NCBI GenBank assembly: GCA_028708035.1
Contig: JAQVZU010000001.1
Coordinates: 3,275-67,274 of the forward strand
Direction: 5' to 3'
Source: Alphaproteobacteria bacterium
Lineage (GTDB): Bacteria > Pseudomonadota > Alphaproteobacteria > UBA9219
Length of the DNA: 64,000 bases
Shown here piece by piece: positions 28,410-39,747 of the stretch. The notes below the pieces were generated by a model. The model did no database searches, was not told the DNA's origin, and was given only the letters and a program-made list of their open reading frames with translations. The position numbers and the translations under genes were made by a program. The number at the start of each line of letters is the position of its first letter. The first letter of the stretch is position 1.

Positions 28410-30823
28410 GCGACCACGTTGACAATGCGGTTAGGGACCACGATGATCTTTTTGGGCTCTTTATCGTTCAGCGCTCTTTTTACGCCTTCTTCTGACAAAG
28501 CCGCCGCTTCGACATCCTTGTTGGGCGCGTCGCGCGGCACCGTGATGGTGGCGCGAAGCTTGCCGTTGACCTGAACGGCGATGGTGACCGAGTTTTCGAC
28601 CAACAGCGCCGGGTCGGCTTTTGGCCAAGCCGCAGTGGCAAGGATTTCCTTATGGCCAAGCGCTTCCCACATTTCTTCCGCAATATGCGGAGCGAACGGC
28701 GCGAGAAGCTTCAGGAAAACCTCCCAAGCGTCCTGCGGAATCTCCTTCAGTTCGCCAAACGTATTGGTGAGCGTCATCAAAGCGGCGATGGCCGTGTTGA
28801 ACTTCATCGTCTCGATGCGCTCACTAACGTTGCGGATCGTGCGGTGCGTGGCGCGAAGAATATCTCCTTCGGCTTTATCCGGCCTCACCTTTTCGCTGAA
28901 TGTCCAAAGACGCGAGAGAAACCGCCACATGCCCATAAGGCCGTTGGTTGACCACGGAATGGCCTGATCGAACGGCCCCATGAACATCTCATAAAGGCGC
29001 AACGTGTCCGCACCATAGGTTTTCACCACCTCGTCCGGATTAACGACGTTGCCGCGCGACTTCGACATTTTCTCGTTGTTTTCACCCAGGATAAGGCCGT
29101 GCGACGTGCGCTTGGCATACGGCTCCGGCGTCGGAGCCACGCCGATGTCATAAAGAAACTTGTGCCAAAAGCGCGAATACAACAGGTGGAGAACCGTGTG
29201 CTCCATGCCGCCGTTGTACCAATCGACGGGCGTCCAAAACTCGAGAGCCTTGCGGCTTGCAAGTTCCTTGTCGTTATGGGGATCGCAATAACGCAGGAAA
29301 TACCATGACGACCCGGCCCATTGAGGCATCGTGTCGGTCTCGCGCTTGGCGGACCCGCCGCATTGAGGGCATTGGGTGTTGACCCAGTCGGTCATAAGAG
29401 ACAAGGGCGACTCGCCGGTTTCGCTGGTCTGGTAGTGCTCGACATCGGGAAGCTTCAGCGGAAGCTCGCTTTCGGGGAGAGGGACCCAACCGCATTTCGG
29501 GCACTCGACCATCGGAATAGGTTCTCCCCAATAACGTTGGCGCGAGAAAACCCAGTCGCGAAGCTTATATTTGATCGACGCTTTGCCATAGTTTTCGCGT
29601 TCGACTGTCCCAATCATCTTGTCGATGGCTTGCGGAGGTGTGAGCCCATTAAGATGGCCGGAATTCACCATGCGGGCGTCTTTGCAATCGATGTCGGTAA
29701 AGGCTTCCTTGGAAATGTCTCCGCCCGTGATGACTTCGATCATCGGAAGGCCGAATTTCTTTGCAAACCTCCAGTCGCGTTCGTCGTGTGCAGGCACTGC
29801 CATGATCGCGCCGGTGCCATAAGTCGCAAGCACGTAATCGGCAATCCAGACGGGAACGGGCTTCTTCGTAGCAGGATTAACGGCGAAAACGCCTTCGAGC
29901 GCGACGCCAGAGACTTCCTTCGCGCCCTCGGTGCGGTCAAAGTCGGATTTGCGGGCCGTGGCTTCAATATAAGCTTTAACCGCATTGGGGTTCTTCGCAT
30001 GCGAAAGAAGTTCGGTAACCAAGGGATGCTCGGGAGCCAAGACCATGTACGTCACGCCGAAAAGCGTGTCAGGTCGCGTCGTGAAGACTTTCAGTGCGCG
30101 GTCGCCAAGGACGGGAAGCGTAAAATCAATTTCGGCGCCTGTGGATTTGCCGATCCAGTTGCGCTGCTGGGCCTTGATCTTTTCGAGATAATCGACCGTG
30201 TCGAGATCGGAAAGAAGGCGCTCAGCATACGCGGTTATCTTAAGCATCCACTGGCTGCGGCGGCGCTGGACAACAGCTCCACCGCAACGCTCGCATTCGC
30301 CGCCTACAACTTCCTCATTTGCCAAGCCGACTTTGCACGAAGGGCACCAGTTGACCGGCATATTGGTTTTATAGGGAAGGCCTTTCTTCCAAAGCTGAAG
30401 GAATATCCACTGCGTCCATTTATAGTAATCGGGAGCGGTGGTATCGACTTCGCGAGACCAGTCAAACGAAAACCCAAGGCTTTTAAGCTGGCGGCGAAAG
30501 TTCGCGATATTTTTCTGCGTCACGGACTTGGGATGCTGGTGCGTTTTGATTGCGAAGTTTTCGGTAGGCAGCCCAAAAGCATCCCAGCCGATGGGGTAAA
30601 GAACATTGAATCCTTCCATGCGGCGCTTGCGGGCGACGATGTCCAGAGCCGTATAGCTGCGCGGATGGCCGACGTGCAGTCCTTCGCCAGAGGGATAGGG
30701 AAACTCGATCAACGCGTAAAACTTGGGGCGCGATGAATCCTCGGTTGCCTTAAATGATTCTTTTTCAGCCCAGATCTTCTGCCATTTGGCTTCCGTCGTC
30801 TGGTGGTTATATCGCTCGCTCAT
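28406..30823 (-). CDS. leuS: leucine--tRNA ligase
   Basis: 805 aa; HIGH motif (HVGHP), KMSKS motif (KMSKSRGN), editing CP1 domain and zinc-binding Cys clusters. Confidence 0.95.
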
Positions 30824-31094
30824 TTGCCTTTGTCCTTGGAAATCCGGTATCAGACGATAAAAACCTTTTTAATGCCTCATATCAAGAGGGGTATTGACAG
30901 AATCTTCGATTGCGTGGCCAGAAGCATGGATCTCGATGTATTGATGCCTTTTTAAAGGCAACAAGGGGCGTTGCATGGAAAACCTGCTTGGTATCTAAAA
31001 GTTCGATGCTCAAGAGAAGATTGCGCAAGTATTTCTAAAGCCCTAGATTTTAAAATAGATAACATTTTATTAACTTTTATTTATTCAATTTCGA

Positions 31095-31835
31095 ATGTCA
31101 TTGTCGCATTATAGAACCTCCGCCAGTTTATTGCTTTATTTTGCTGAACACGGATTTTCTAAAACGCTCGAAGAACAAACAAAATCTCAAGTATATGTTG
31201 TTATGGGCGCAATGTATTGGATTGATCAGTGTTTGGACAACAAAACCGGCGATGAAAAGACACAGACGCAAACAAAAATCCTCGACTATCTGGGGGAAAA
31301 AACGACTGGCATCCTCATTGAGGACGAACCGGAAACATGCCGAGCGCTTCGGATTCTGAGAAATTTTTTAAAAGAACATCCTGCTGCGCAAAAAAGAGCG
31401 TTCGTCGATAAAGTTCGGGATGTTTTCGAAAATGGAGAAAAGGTTTCCTCTGCGACAAAACTCGCCGATTTTATAAGCGCACGAAGACAAGAGGGCATTG
31501 CGACTGCCGACATTGTGCTGACCTTAGCCGACGAGCTTGGCTCAAACAAAAGGTTCTCAACATTTCTCCGGCTAACGACTGTTGCTGGCAATTTTATTGA
31601 CACCTTTCTGGATGCACGTTCGGACGCCAAAGATTCACGAATATCCATCAATCCGACCCGGCTCCAGTTCGGCATCGCAAAGGAAGCCCTAACTGGGCTT
31701 AGAAGCGTATATGCCTTTTATCCGGGCAAAATCGCCAAAGACGCAGGAAGAGGCTACTTTTTATATAAAACAGGAGGCATTCCTAAATATCCTCCGGGCC
31801 TGACAAACGCTAATAACACATTCATTCCAAGCTAA
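31095..31835 (+). CDS. hypothetical cytoplasmic protein (246 aa) in an AT-rich insertion; candidate translocated effector
   Basis: The gene and its 270-nt AT-rich upstream region have markedly lower GC than the flanking leuS/ftsW. No signal peptide and no recognisable domain. Confidence 0.5.
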   Translation: MSLSHYRTSASLLLYFAEHGFSKTLEEQTKSQVYVVMGAMYWIDQCLDNKTGDEKTQTQTKILDYLGEKTTGILIEDEPETCRALRILRNFLKEHPAAQKRAFVDKVRDVFENGEKVSSATKLADFISARRQEGIATADIVLTLADELGSNKRFSTFLRLTTVAGNFIDTFLDARSDAKDSRISINPTRLQFGIAKEALTGLRSVYAFYPGKIAKDAGRGYFLYKTGGIPKYPPGLTNANNTFIPS

Positions 31836-31857
31836 CAGGCTCTTATTAACACGTAAA

Positions 31858-33015
31858 TCAATCCTCGTCGCCGAGGCCAAAGCGCTTGCGAGTCAGGCCC
31901 AAAAGCATTCCCATGCCGATAGATAAAGCAAACAATGATGAGCCGCCGTAGGAGATAAAAGGAAGCGTCATGCCCTTGGCGGGGAGAAGCCGCATGGTGG
32001 ACCCCAGATTGATGACCGCCTGGAGGCCGAATTCGATCAAAAGCCCGCTGACCGCGAGCATTATGAAGAGGCTGTTTTCGTTCTGAATGCGGCGGAGTCC
32101 CCGAAGCACGATGAAGGCGAACAGGCCTATAATCAACAAACACCAGAGAAGCCCAAGTTCTTCGCCCGCAACAGCAAAGACAAAATCAGCATGGGCATCG
32201 GGAATCGACATTTTCACAGTGCCCTCGCCCGGGCCTGTGCCGAAAAGGCCCCCGTTTGCGAAGGCGTCGAGCGCCTTGTCAACTTGATACGTATCGCCTG
32301 TCCGGCTTAAGAATTTATCGATGCGCGCGGAAAAATGAGGAAAAATGTAATAAGCCGCGATCATGGCGGCAACGCCTAACACGCCGGAGATACCCACAAA
32401 GAGTGCCGAAAGGCCCGCCAAAAAAAACTGACCGAACCAGATGACAGAAACCAAAAAGACCATCCCGATGTCGGGCTGCATTAGCAGAAAAAACGCGATC
32501 AAAATATAGAGCGCGATGTTGACGCTAAGCGCAGGGAAGCCCCGGCGTTCGCACTGGCGGGTAAATAGCCAAGCGGCGGTGACCGCGAACAACGGCTTTA
32601 TGAACTCGGAAGCCTGAATTGAAAAAAGGCCCAGGATTCTGATCCAGCGGACCGCACCTTTGATTTCCGCGCCGATAAACGGCGTTGCGATAAGAAGAGG
32701 AACAAAAATCGCGAGTCCTGCCGCGGAGAAAAGGCGGATTCTCTTGGGTGACAAAAGAGAAACGGCGAACATGACGCCGATAGCGGGCAAAAGCATGGCA
32801 AGGTGGCGTTCGACGAAATAAAGGTTGCTCCAGCCATGCTTGACGGCCACGGCAGGGGTTGATGCTTGAATAAGGAGAATCCCGAACCCCATGATAATGA
32901 CCAGCGCGGCCAAGGCCCAGCGATCAACAGTCCACCACCACCTGCCAAGGACTGAACGGTCGGATCGCGTAAGCGCGGGCATCAGGACTTCCTTATCGTG
33001 AGTCAGAAGCATCAC
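31858..33015 (-). CDS. ftsW: peptidoglycan glycosyltransferase FtsW (SEDS family)
   Basis: 385 aa, ~10 TM helices, SEDS motifs, located in the dcw cluster. Confidence 0.85.
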   Translation of the reverse strand: MMLLTHDKEVLMPALTRSDRSVLGRWWWTVDRWALAALVIIMGFGILLIQASTPAVAVKHGWSNLYFVERHLAMLLPAIGVMFAVSLLSPKRIRLFSAAGLAIFVPLLIATPFIGAEIKGAVRWIRILGLFSIQASEFIKPLFAVTAAWLFTRQCERRGFPALSVNIALYILIAFFLLMQPDIGMVFLVSVIWFGQFFLAGLSALFVGISGVLGVAAMIAAYYIFPHFSARIDKFLSRTGDTYQVDKALDAFANGGLFGTGPGEGTVKMSIPDAHADFVFAVAGEELGLLWCLLIIGLFAFIVLRGLRRIQNENSLFIMLAVSGLLIEFGLQAVINLGSTMRLLPAKGMTLPFISYGGSSLFALSIGMGMLLGLTRKRFGLGDED

Positions 33016-33075
33016 TATACACTTAATTGGGCGAACGGCTGAAAGTATCCCTTATAGCTCGATTTATCAAAGGAC

Positions 33076-34038
33076 TTATCCCCAAAGCGCGGCGGTGGGA
33101 GGATAGAGAACACCATCGGCATAAGCCAAAGCGTTCGGGCGGTCGCAGGCGAGAAGAAGAGCCCCGTCAAGATCCGCAAACTTGGCTTCTTGCGCGACCA
33201 AGAACGCGGGCGCAATGGAAAGCGACGTGCAAACCATGCACCCCACCATCAAGCCAAAACCCGATTGTTTCGCTGCGGAAGCCAGCGCAAGGGCTTCGGT
33301 AAGGCCGCCGGTTTTGTCCAGCTTGACGTTGATGAAATCGTATTTCCCTTTAAGCCCACTTAAAGAATCCCTGTCGAAAACGCTTTCATCCGCGCAAATG
33401 GGGATAAGGCGAGAAACCAACGCCAAAGCTGCGTCGTTTGAGGCAGGAAGAGGCTGTTCGACAAGCTCGACACCGGCAGACGCGCAAGCAGAGATGTTTT
33501 CGGCTAGGTTTTCCGGTGTCCATCCCTCGTTGGCGTCCGCGATCAAGCGCGTTTTGGGAGCAGCGTTGCGGATTTGCCTGAGACGTTCGGGATCGCCTTC
33601 CCTGCCGAGCTTGATTTTAAGCAGCGGACGTGCGGCATGGGTGCGCGCAGCGTCGGCCATTTTTTCGGGCGTGTCCAGAGAGAGCGTGTAAGAAACCGTA
33701 AGAGGTTTCAGTTTTTCGATTCCCGCAAGAAGGTGCGCCGAAAGGCCGTGTTGCTTGGCCTTCAGATCCCAAAGAGCGCAATCGATGGCGTTTCGCGCGG
33801 ATTTAAGCGGAATTTCGCAAAGCGTTTCGGGAACGCCGGTCCACGATTGAATGGCAGCGAGCGCGGTTTCGGGCGTTTCCTCATAACGGGGGTAGGGAAC
33901 GGCCTCGCCTCGCCCCCAATGCGTGCCGTCCGAAACTTCGACGACGACCACGACCGCCTCGGTCTTGGACCCCCGGCTAATTGTAAACGACCCCGCAATG
34001 GGCCAGCGTTCGATTTGGGCTTTAACGGTCAGTGTCAT
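33076..34038 (-). CDS. L-Ala-D/L-Glu (dipeptide) epimerase, enolase superfamily (MLE subgroup)
   Basis: Capping domain plus TIM barrel with KIKLG (KxK), DANEGW, E and D metal ligands, and a second catalytic Lys (KLDKTG). The ATG overlaps the mraY stop as ATGA, indicating translational coupling. Confidence 0.75.
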   Translation of the reverse strand: MTLTVKAQIERWPIAGSFTISRGSKTEAVVVVVEVSDGTHWGRGEAVPYPRYEETPETALAAIQSWTGVPETLCEIPLKSARNAIDCALWDLKAKQHGLSAHLLAGIEKLKPLTVSYTLSLDTPEKMADAARTHAARPLLKIKLGREGDPERLRQIRNAAPKTRLIADANEGWTPENLAENISACASAGVELVEQPLPASNDAALALVSRLIPICADESVFDRDSLSGLKGKYDFINVKLDKTGGLTEALALASAAKQSGFGLMVGCMVCTSLSIAPAFLVAQEAKFADLDGALLLACDRPNALAYADGVLYPPTAALWG

Positions 34039-35120
34039 CTTAGCTTCAGCGTTGAGAGGCCGATCAGTCCCAGAATGCATGCGATGATCCAAAAGCGAAT
34101 GACCACGGTAGGTTCGGACCAGCCCAGTTTTTCAAAATGGTGATGGATGGGCGCCATGCGGAAAACCCGCTTGCCGGTGAGCTTATATGAGGCCACCTGA
34201 ATGACGACTGAAAGAGTTTCGGCAACGAAGAGTCCTCCGATGATCGCCAAAACCAGCTCGTGCTTGACGATCACGGAAATCGTGCCAAGCGCGCCGCCTA
34301 ATGCCAGAGATCCCGTGTCACCCATGAAGACCTGCGCAGGAGGCGCATTGAACCAAAGGAAGCCGAGGCATGCGCCGACAAGCGCGCCGCAAAAGACCGC
34401 GAGTTCGCCCGCGCCGGGAACATGATGTATTTGGAGATAATTCGCAAAAACGAAGTTTCCGGCAAGGTACGATATGAGAATAAAGCATAAAGCCACAATG
34501 ATAACGGGAACTGTGGCCAAGCCGTCCAGGCCGTCCGTGAGATTGACCGCATTGCCCGCGCCGACGATCACAAACACCGCGAACGGGATGAAGAGAGGGC
34601 CAAGCGGAATCATGTAGTCCTTGACGAACGGGATCGCCAACATATTGGCCGACGATGGCGAGACGGCGGTAGAAATAGCATAGACGGCGAGCGCGGAAAT
34701 AATCACCTGTATGGCGAGGCGGATCTTTCCCGGGACGCCGTTGGACGACCGCTTGGTGAGTTTTTTGTAATCATCGAAAAAGCCTACCAATCCAAAGCCG
34801 AGGGTGACGAACATGACCGCCCATGTATATAGGTTCGAGAGGTCCATCCACAGAACCGTACTGATGCCTGTCGAAACCAAAATCATCAGGCCTCCCATGG
34901 TGGGCGTGCCTTTTTTCTTGAGGTGCGTTTCGGGGCCGTCTGTGCGGATTGGTTGTCCCTCGCCTTGTTTCGACTTGAGCCATCGAATAATTGATGGCCC
35001 CGCGAGAAAACAGATAATCAGCGACGTAGCCATGGCTCCGCCCGTCCGGAACGTGATGTAGCGGAACAGGTTGAAAAGAATGAAATCCCGTGCGTATGGC
35101 GCAAGTAAATGAAACAGCAT
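34035..35120 (-). CDS. mraY: phospho-N-acetylmuramoyl-pentapeptide transferase
   Basis: 361 aa, 10 TM helices, conserved MraY Asp-Asp motifs and HHH motif (APIHHHFE). Confidence 0.95.
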   Translation of the reverse strand: MLFHLLAPYARDFILFNLFRYITFRTGGAMATSLIICFLAGPSIIRWLKSKQGEGQPIRTDGPETHLKKKGTPTMGGLMILVSTGISTVLWMDLSNLYTWAVMFVTLGFGLVGFFDDYKKLTKRSSNGVPGKIRLAIQVIISALAVYAISTAVSPSSANMLAIPFVKDYMIPLGPLFIPFAVFVIVGAGNAVNLTDGLDGLATVPVIIVALCFILISYLAGNFVFANYLQIHHVPGAGELAVFCGALVGACLGFLWFNAPPAQVFMGDTGSLALGGALGTISVIVKHELVLAIIGGLFVAETLSVVIQVASYKLTGKRVFRMAPIHHHFEKLGWSEPTVVIRFWIIACILGLIGLSTLKLR

Positions 35121-35128
35121 GACTATCC

Positions 35129-36556
35129 TTAAGCGTTGATCTTTTTTCTGGAGGGATCGGCGGAAAGGCCGCGAAGGGCATCGAGGATTTCTTGCAGGGC
35201 AGTCCTTTGGCCCTTGACGACGACAATATCGTTTGCGTTAACATAGTTGGCGACCATGGCGGCAAGTTGATCGCCGTCGGGATCGTAACCGCCGCGAAGA
35301 TCGGGCGGAAGCGCATCGTACAAATAGCGCGTTGCATCTCCGAAGCAGAAGACGAGGTCGATACGGCCCAAAACGATTTCAGGGACCAGCGCCAGATGCA
35401 AATCGGGGGACATCAAACCGAGGTCCGGCATTTCCCCCAGAATAAGAATCCGGCGGCCTCTATGCCGAGGGATGTGTTGCGACAGGACCTGAATCGCAGC
35501 GCGAACGGATACCGGACTTGAATTCGAGGACTCATCGATCACCATCAGCGGGCCTTCAGGCAGGTCCAGAATATCGGCATCCCCCCTGCCTTCGCCCGGT
35601 TCGTAAAGCGAGAGGGCGGAAGCGGGCTCTTCGATCTTGCCGGACGCCGCAAATGCGGCGAGCAACGCCGCGAGCGCGTTTTTGACGAGGTGCTTGCCGG
35701 GAGCCGGAATGGTATAGGAAAGCTGGCGGCCCGCGACAACAACGTTCGCGAAGCTGTTCTCTTCCGTCAAAACGCATTTGCGCAAAAACGCATCGGCGTG
35801 GCCGATTTCGGAAAATGTCACAGTTTTCTTGAAGCCCTTGCTTTTTGCCGCTGCCGAAAGACGCGCAAATTGCGGAATGTCTTTGTTGACAATGAAAACG
35901 CCGTCCTTCTTGAGTCCTTCCAGAATTTCCGCCTTGGCGTCCGCAATGGCGTCCAAAGATGCAAAATTCGCGAGATGGACCGCTTCGACTCCCGTGATGA
36001 CAGCGACGTCCGGGGCGGCGAGGCGCGCGAGTGGAGAGAGTTCGCCTGCATGACTCATGCCCAGTTCGAAAACGCCAAAATCCGCATCGGGCGGTAAGTT
36101 GGCGAGCGATACCGGAAGACCATATTTGTTGTTGTAGCTGCTTGGGCAGGCGAAAGTTTTTCCCACGGCGGAAAGGCAGAGGCGCAGCATTTCCTTCGTT
36201 GTGGTCTTGCCGATAGAACCCGTGATCGCGATGATCTTGCCGCGCGCGCGCGCACGCGCGGCGCGGGCAAGGTCTTGAAGGGCCTCGAAGGTGTCTTGTA
36301 CGAAAAGAAGCGGAACGCCCGGTTTCAGGTTAAGCGGTTGGCGCGAAACAATTGCGGCGGCGGCGCCAGAGGCAAAAGCCGAGGCTACAAATTCGTGGCC
36401 ATCGTTGTTAGGGCCCTGAAGCGCGATAAATAAATCGCCTTTGCGTGCCGTCCGGCTGTCGATAGAGACTCCTTGCGCCGTCCATGCCTGCTCATGCAAA
36501 ACTGCGCCTCTTACGGCACGAACAACGTCTTCGGCATGCCAAAGAGTTTCGCTCAT
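35129..36556 (-). CDS. murF: UDP-N-acetylmuramoyl-tripeptide--D-alanyl-D-alanine ligase
   Basis: Mur ligase P-loop [11 protein letters not shown], central and C-terminal Mur ligase domains; 4-nt overlap with murE. Confidence 0.9.
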   Translation of the reverse strand: MSETLWHAEDVVRAVRGAVLHEQAWTAQGVSIDSRTARKGDLFIALQGPNNDGHEFVASAFASGAAAAIVSRQPLNLKPGVPLLFVQDTFEALQDLARAARARARGKIIAITGSIGKTTTKEMLRLCLSAVGKTFACPSSYNNKYGLPVSLANLPPDADFGVFELGMSHAGELSPLARLAAPDVAVITGVEAVHLANFASLDAIADAKAEILEGLKKDGVFIVNKDIPQFARLSAAAKSKGFKKTVTFSEIGHADAFLRKCVLTEENSFANVVVAGRQLSYTIPAPGKHLVKNALAALLAAFAASGKIEEPASALSLYEPGEGRGDADILDLPEGPLMVIDESSNSSPVSVRAAIQVLSQHIPRHRGRRILILGEMPDLGLMSPDLHLALVPEIVLGRIDLVFCFGDATRYLYDALPPDLRGGYDPDGDQLAAMVANYVNANDIVVVKGQRTALQEILDALRGLSADPSRKKINA

Positions 36557-37998
36557 TGACCGATGACCTTTCGCGCTTCTTCGGCGTCGTCAAAGGGAAG
36601 GACTTTGTCGCGAACGATCTGGCCGGGCTCGTGTCCCTTGCCAGCGATGATAACTGCGTCTTTTGTGTCGAGCTTGCCGATGCCCTCACGGATCGCCGCG
36701 CCGCGATCGCCGATCTCCCGGACGTTTGTTTTGTCAACGCAACCCGCGAGTATTTCGGCGCGAATGGTCCCGGCATCTTCATAGCGGGGATTATCGTCGG
36801 TTACGATAACCCAATCTGCCAAACGTTGAGCAATGTCTCCCATCATGGGACGTTTGCCCTTGTCGCGGTTGCCGCCGCATCCGAAAATAACGCCCAGCTT
36901 TCCACCCGAAGCCGTGACGTGCGAGCGCATGGCGCGCAGGACGTTTTCAAGAGCATCGGGCTTGTGCGCATAATCGACGTAAACTTCTCCGCCGTTTTTC
37001 GAAAGGCCAATAAACTGCAGGCGGCCCGGAACCACGGACACTTTGCCGATGGCTTGAATTGTTTTTTCGGCATCTTCGCCGCCGCCGATCACCAAACCCG
37101 CAGCGCAGAGCGCATTCCATGCCTGAAAGCTGCCCATCACGGGCAATGCGACATCCATCTTTTTTCCGAAAACTTCGAGCGAAAGGATCTGGCTCCCGTC
37201 ATCAAGACGCGCGTCGAGAAGGCGCAGGTCCTTAGCTTTTTTGCCGTAGGAAATGATGCGAAGGCCGCGCGCCTTGGCCGTCTCGGACAGCGGCCTGAAT
37301 TCAGGAACGTCGGCGTTAAGGACAGCAGCTCCGTCCGCAGGAAGGAGATTCGAAAAGAGGCCTCGCTTTGCTTCGAAATAGGCTTCCATGGTCTCATGAT
37401 AATCGAGATGATCGCGCGACAGATTGGTGAATGCGCCCGCCTTGAATTTTACGCAGTCGAGACGTTTGAGTTCGATGCCGAAGTTTGACGTTTCGATAGC
37501 GACATGTGTGACGCCTTTGTTTGCGCATTCGTCAAGCAGACGATGCGTTGTGATTGCGTCAGGCGTCGTAAGCGCGCCGTAGTGTGTGCCCCAGGCATCA
37601 ACGACCCCAAACGTTCCGATGCTGGCGGAGGAATGGCCCAAGGCTTGCGCGATTTCGCGCGTGAATTGCGCAGTAGAGGTCTTACCGCTTGTACCTGTAA
37701 CGGCAAGAATTGTTTGAGGCTGTTTCGGGTAAAAAGTCGAGGCCAGCACGCAGGTTTCGTGCCGCACGTCGGAGGTTTTGAAAGTGGTAACCGGCGTGTC
37801 GGGAGTATCTTCGGGAACCAGAATGGCGACGGCGCCTTTCTTGATGGCGTCGTCAATGAATTCCCGGCCATCCTGTTTAAGGCCCGGCGTCGCAATGAAC
37901 AGAAACCCCGGCTGAACCTTGCGTGAATCTTCGGTAACTCCCTTGATATCGACATCGGCGCCAGTAAAGGGAAGTTTTGTCAATTTCGAAAGGAACAT
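36553..37998 (-). CDS. murE: UDP-N-acetylmuramoyl-L-alanyl-D-glutamate--2,6-diaminopimelate ligase
   Basis: P-loop GTSGKTSTAQFT, DNPR motif (meso-DAP specificity), 481 aa. Confidence 0.9.
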   Translation of the reverse strand: MFLSKLTKLPFTGADVDIKGVTEDSRKVQPGFLFIATPGLKQDGREFIDDAIKKGAVAILVPEDTPDTPVTTFKTSDVRHETCVLASTFYPKQPQTILAVTGTSGKTSTAQFTREIAQALGHSSASIGTFGVVDAWGTHYGALTTPDAITTHRLLDECANKGVTHVAIETSNFGIELKRLDCVKFKAGAFTNLSRDHLDYHETMEAYFEAKRGLFSNLLPADGAAVLNADVPEFRPLSETAKARGLRIISYGKKAKDLRLLDARLDDGSQILSLEVFGKKMDVALPVMGSFQAWNALCAAGLVIGGGEDAEKTIQAIGKVSVVPGRLQFIGLSKNGGEVYVDYAHKPDALENVLRAMRSHVTASGGKLGVIFGCGGNRDKGKRPMMGDIAQRLADWVIVTDDNPRYEDAGTIRAEILAGCVDKTNVREIGDRGAAIREGIGKLDTKDAVIIAGKGHEPGQIVRDKVLPFDDAEEARKVIGQ

Positions 37999-38143
37999 GG
38001 AATGGGCCCATTTGAGGCGAGAATCAAAATACTATTAATTATTAGACCCATTCACAGGGACTTGTCGATGCTTGGTTTCCTCTTTTCTTGCGCCATGCAA
38101 AACGACCTTGTAAACCGGTATCCTCGCCGAAAGGATCGTTAAT

Positions 38144-38893
38144 ATGGACATCCGTCATACCCATCGCATTTTTGTTTCTCAACGGCTTGAGGAAGGGGCC
38201 TCGGTGCGGGTCGAGGAGGATCTCGCGCATTATTTGCTGCATGTGCTGCGTCTCGGCAATGGCGATGCGCTTCGGCTGTTTAACGGGAAGGACGGAGAAT
38301 TCAAGGGAAGCGTCGAACGAGCGGGAAAAAACAAGGCGCTTGTGCATATTGGCGCGCAGACCAGGCCGCAAGAGGCTGGGGTCGATGTTTGGTTGTGTTG
38401 CGCACCGATCAAGAAGGCTCATTTTGACTACATGATTGAAAAAGCCACTGAACTTGGCGTTTCAGAAATTCAGCCGATTCTGACCCAAAGGACCCAAGTC
38501 CGTGAGGTTAACGGAGATCGCGCGTGGACCCTATGCAAAGAAGCCGCCGAGCAATCAGACAGGCTAGACATTCCCGCAGTAGGAAATCCGGTGAAATTAG
38601 ACGATCTTATAGGGGTTTTTCCGAAAGACAGGGCGCTGATTGTATGCGCTGAATGGGGCGAAGCCGCGCCCATTCATAAGGCGCTGCATTCTGAAGCAAT
38701 CCAAAAATTCGAGAAGGCCGCCATCGTGACGGGTCCGGAAGGCGGTTTTGCGGCGGAAGAGCTGGAGCTGTTACGGAAAGCGCCGAATACGTTTTTCGTC
38801 CGTCTCGGGCCGCGGATTTTACGCGCAGACACCGCCGCCATTGCGGCGCTGGCATGCTGGCAAGCGATCAAAGGGGACTGGGGGAAGGCATGA
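38144..38893 (+). CDS. rsmE: 16S rRNA (uracil1498-N3)-methyltransferase
   Basis: PUA-like N-terminal domain followed by a SPOUT knot domain (IVTGPEGGF); 249 aa. Confidence 0.8.
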   Translation: MDIRHTHRIFVSQRLEEGASVRVEEDLAHYLLHVLRLGNGDALRLFNGKDGEFKGSVERAGKNKALVHIGAQTRPQEAGVDVWLCCAPIKKAHFDYMIEKATELGVSEIQPILTQRTQVREVNGDRAWTLCKEAAEQSDRLDIPAVGNPVKLDDLIGVFPKDRALIVCAEWGEAAPIHKALHSEAIQKFEKAAIVTGPEGGFAAEELELLRKAPNTFFVRLGPRILRADTAAIAALACWQAIKGDWGKA

Positions 38894-39708
38894 GAGTCAA
38901 CAGGCTTATTTGCTGGGCTGCGCTCGCTTATTTGGGGGCAATGGCTGGCGTTTTCGCGTTTCAGCGCAGTTTTATTTATGTTCCGAACCAGACATATGCC
39001 GCGCCGGAGCAAGTATCTCCGGAAACGCCGTTAAAGGAATTGGCCGTTACGACAAAGGACGGCCTTAATCTTGTGGGATGGTATGCGCCCGCATCGGGCA
39101 AGGACTATACGCTTGTCTATTTTCATGGCAATGCCGACAGCTTGCAAAGCGTTTGGCCATTAGCCGGACCTTATTTGGATGCCGGATATGGCTTTTTATT
39201 TGTCGAGTATCGCGGATACAGCAATCTTCCGGGCGATCCTGACGAGGAAGGGTTTTATGAAGACGCGCGCGCGTTTGTCAAAAAGCTGATTTCTGATGAA
39301 GGCGTGAAAGAGAAAGATATTGTTCTGATGGGGCATTCGCTGGGCACAGGGGTGGCCATGCAGATGGCTTCGGAGTTCAAGGTGCGCGGCGTTGCGCTTT
39401 TGGCTCCGTTTCTTTCAATGCCCGATATGGCTCAGGAGAGATTCCCATGGCTTCCGGCACGGTACCTTACGCTCGACAAATTCGACAATGCGGCAAAGGT
39501 CTCAAAGATCAAGATGCCTCTTCTGGTGGGCGTTTGCGGGGCCGATAACGTCGTTCCCGCCAAGCAGGAGCAGAAGCTTTTCGAGATGGCAAAAGAGCCG
39601 AAGAAGCTGTTTTACGCGCCCGAGAGCGGCCATAGCGGGCTATTCGAAAACGGGTTTTATCAGGCGAGCATCGAGTGGCTGGAGTCGTTGCCTTACCTTT
39701 CGGAGTAA
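38890..39708 (+). CDS. alpha/beta-hydrolase fold serine hydrolase, membrane-anchored
   Basis: N-terminal TM helix, GHSLG nucleophile elbow, Asp and His downstream; its ATG overlaps the rsmE stop (ATGA). Confidence 0.7.
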   Translation: MRVNRLICWAALAYLGAMAGVFAFQRSFIYVPNQTYAAPEQVSPETPLKELAVTTKDGLNLVGWYAPASGKDYTLVYFHGNADSLQSVWPLAGPYLDAGYGFLFVEYRGYSNLPGDPDEEGFYEDARAFVKKLISDEGVKEKDIVLMGHSLGTGVAMQMASEFKVRGVALLAPFLSMPDMAQERFPWLPARYLTLDKFDNAAKVSKIKMPLLVGVCGADNVVPAKQEQKLFEMAKEPKKLFYAPESGHSGLFENGFYQASIEWLESLPYLSE

Positions 39709-39747
39709 GCGAAGGGTATAAGGATTGATCTGACCATGCACAATAAA

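Noticed and set aside
29321-30736. 471-aa ORF on the plus strand
   Set aside because: Antisense to leuS, whose identity is unambiguous; shadow ORF.
36484-37488. 334-aa ORF on the plus strand
   Set aside because: Antisense to murE/murF junction; no motifs; shadow ORF.
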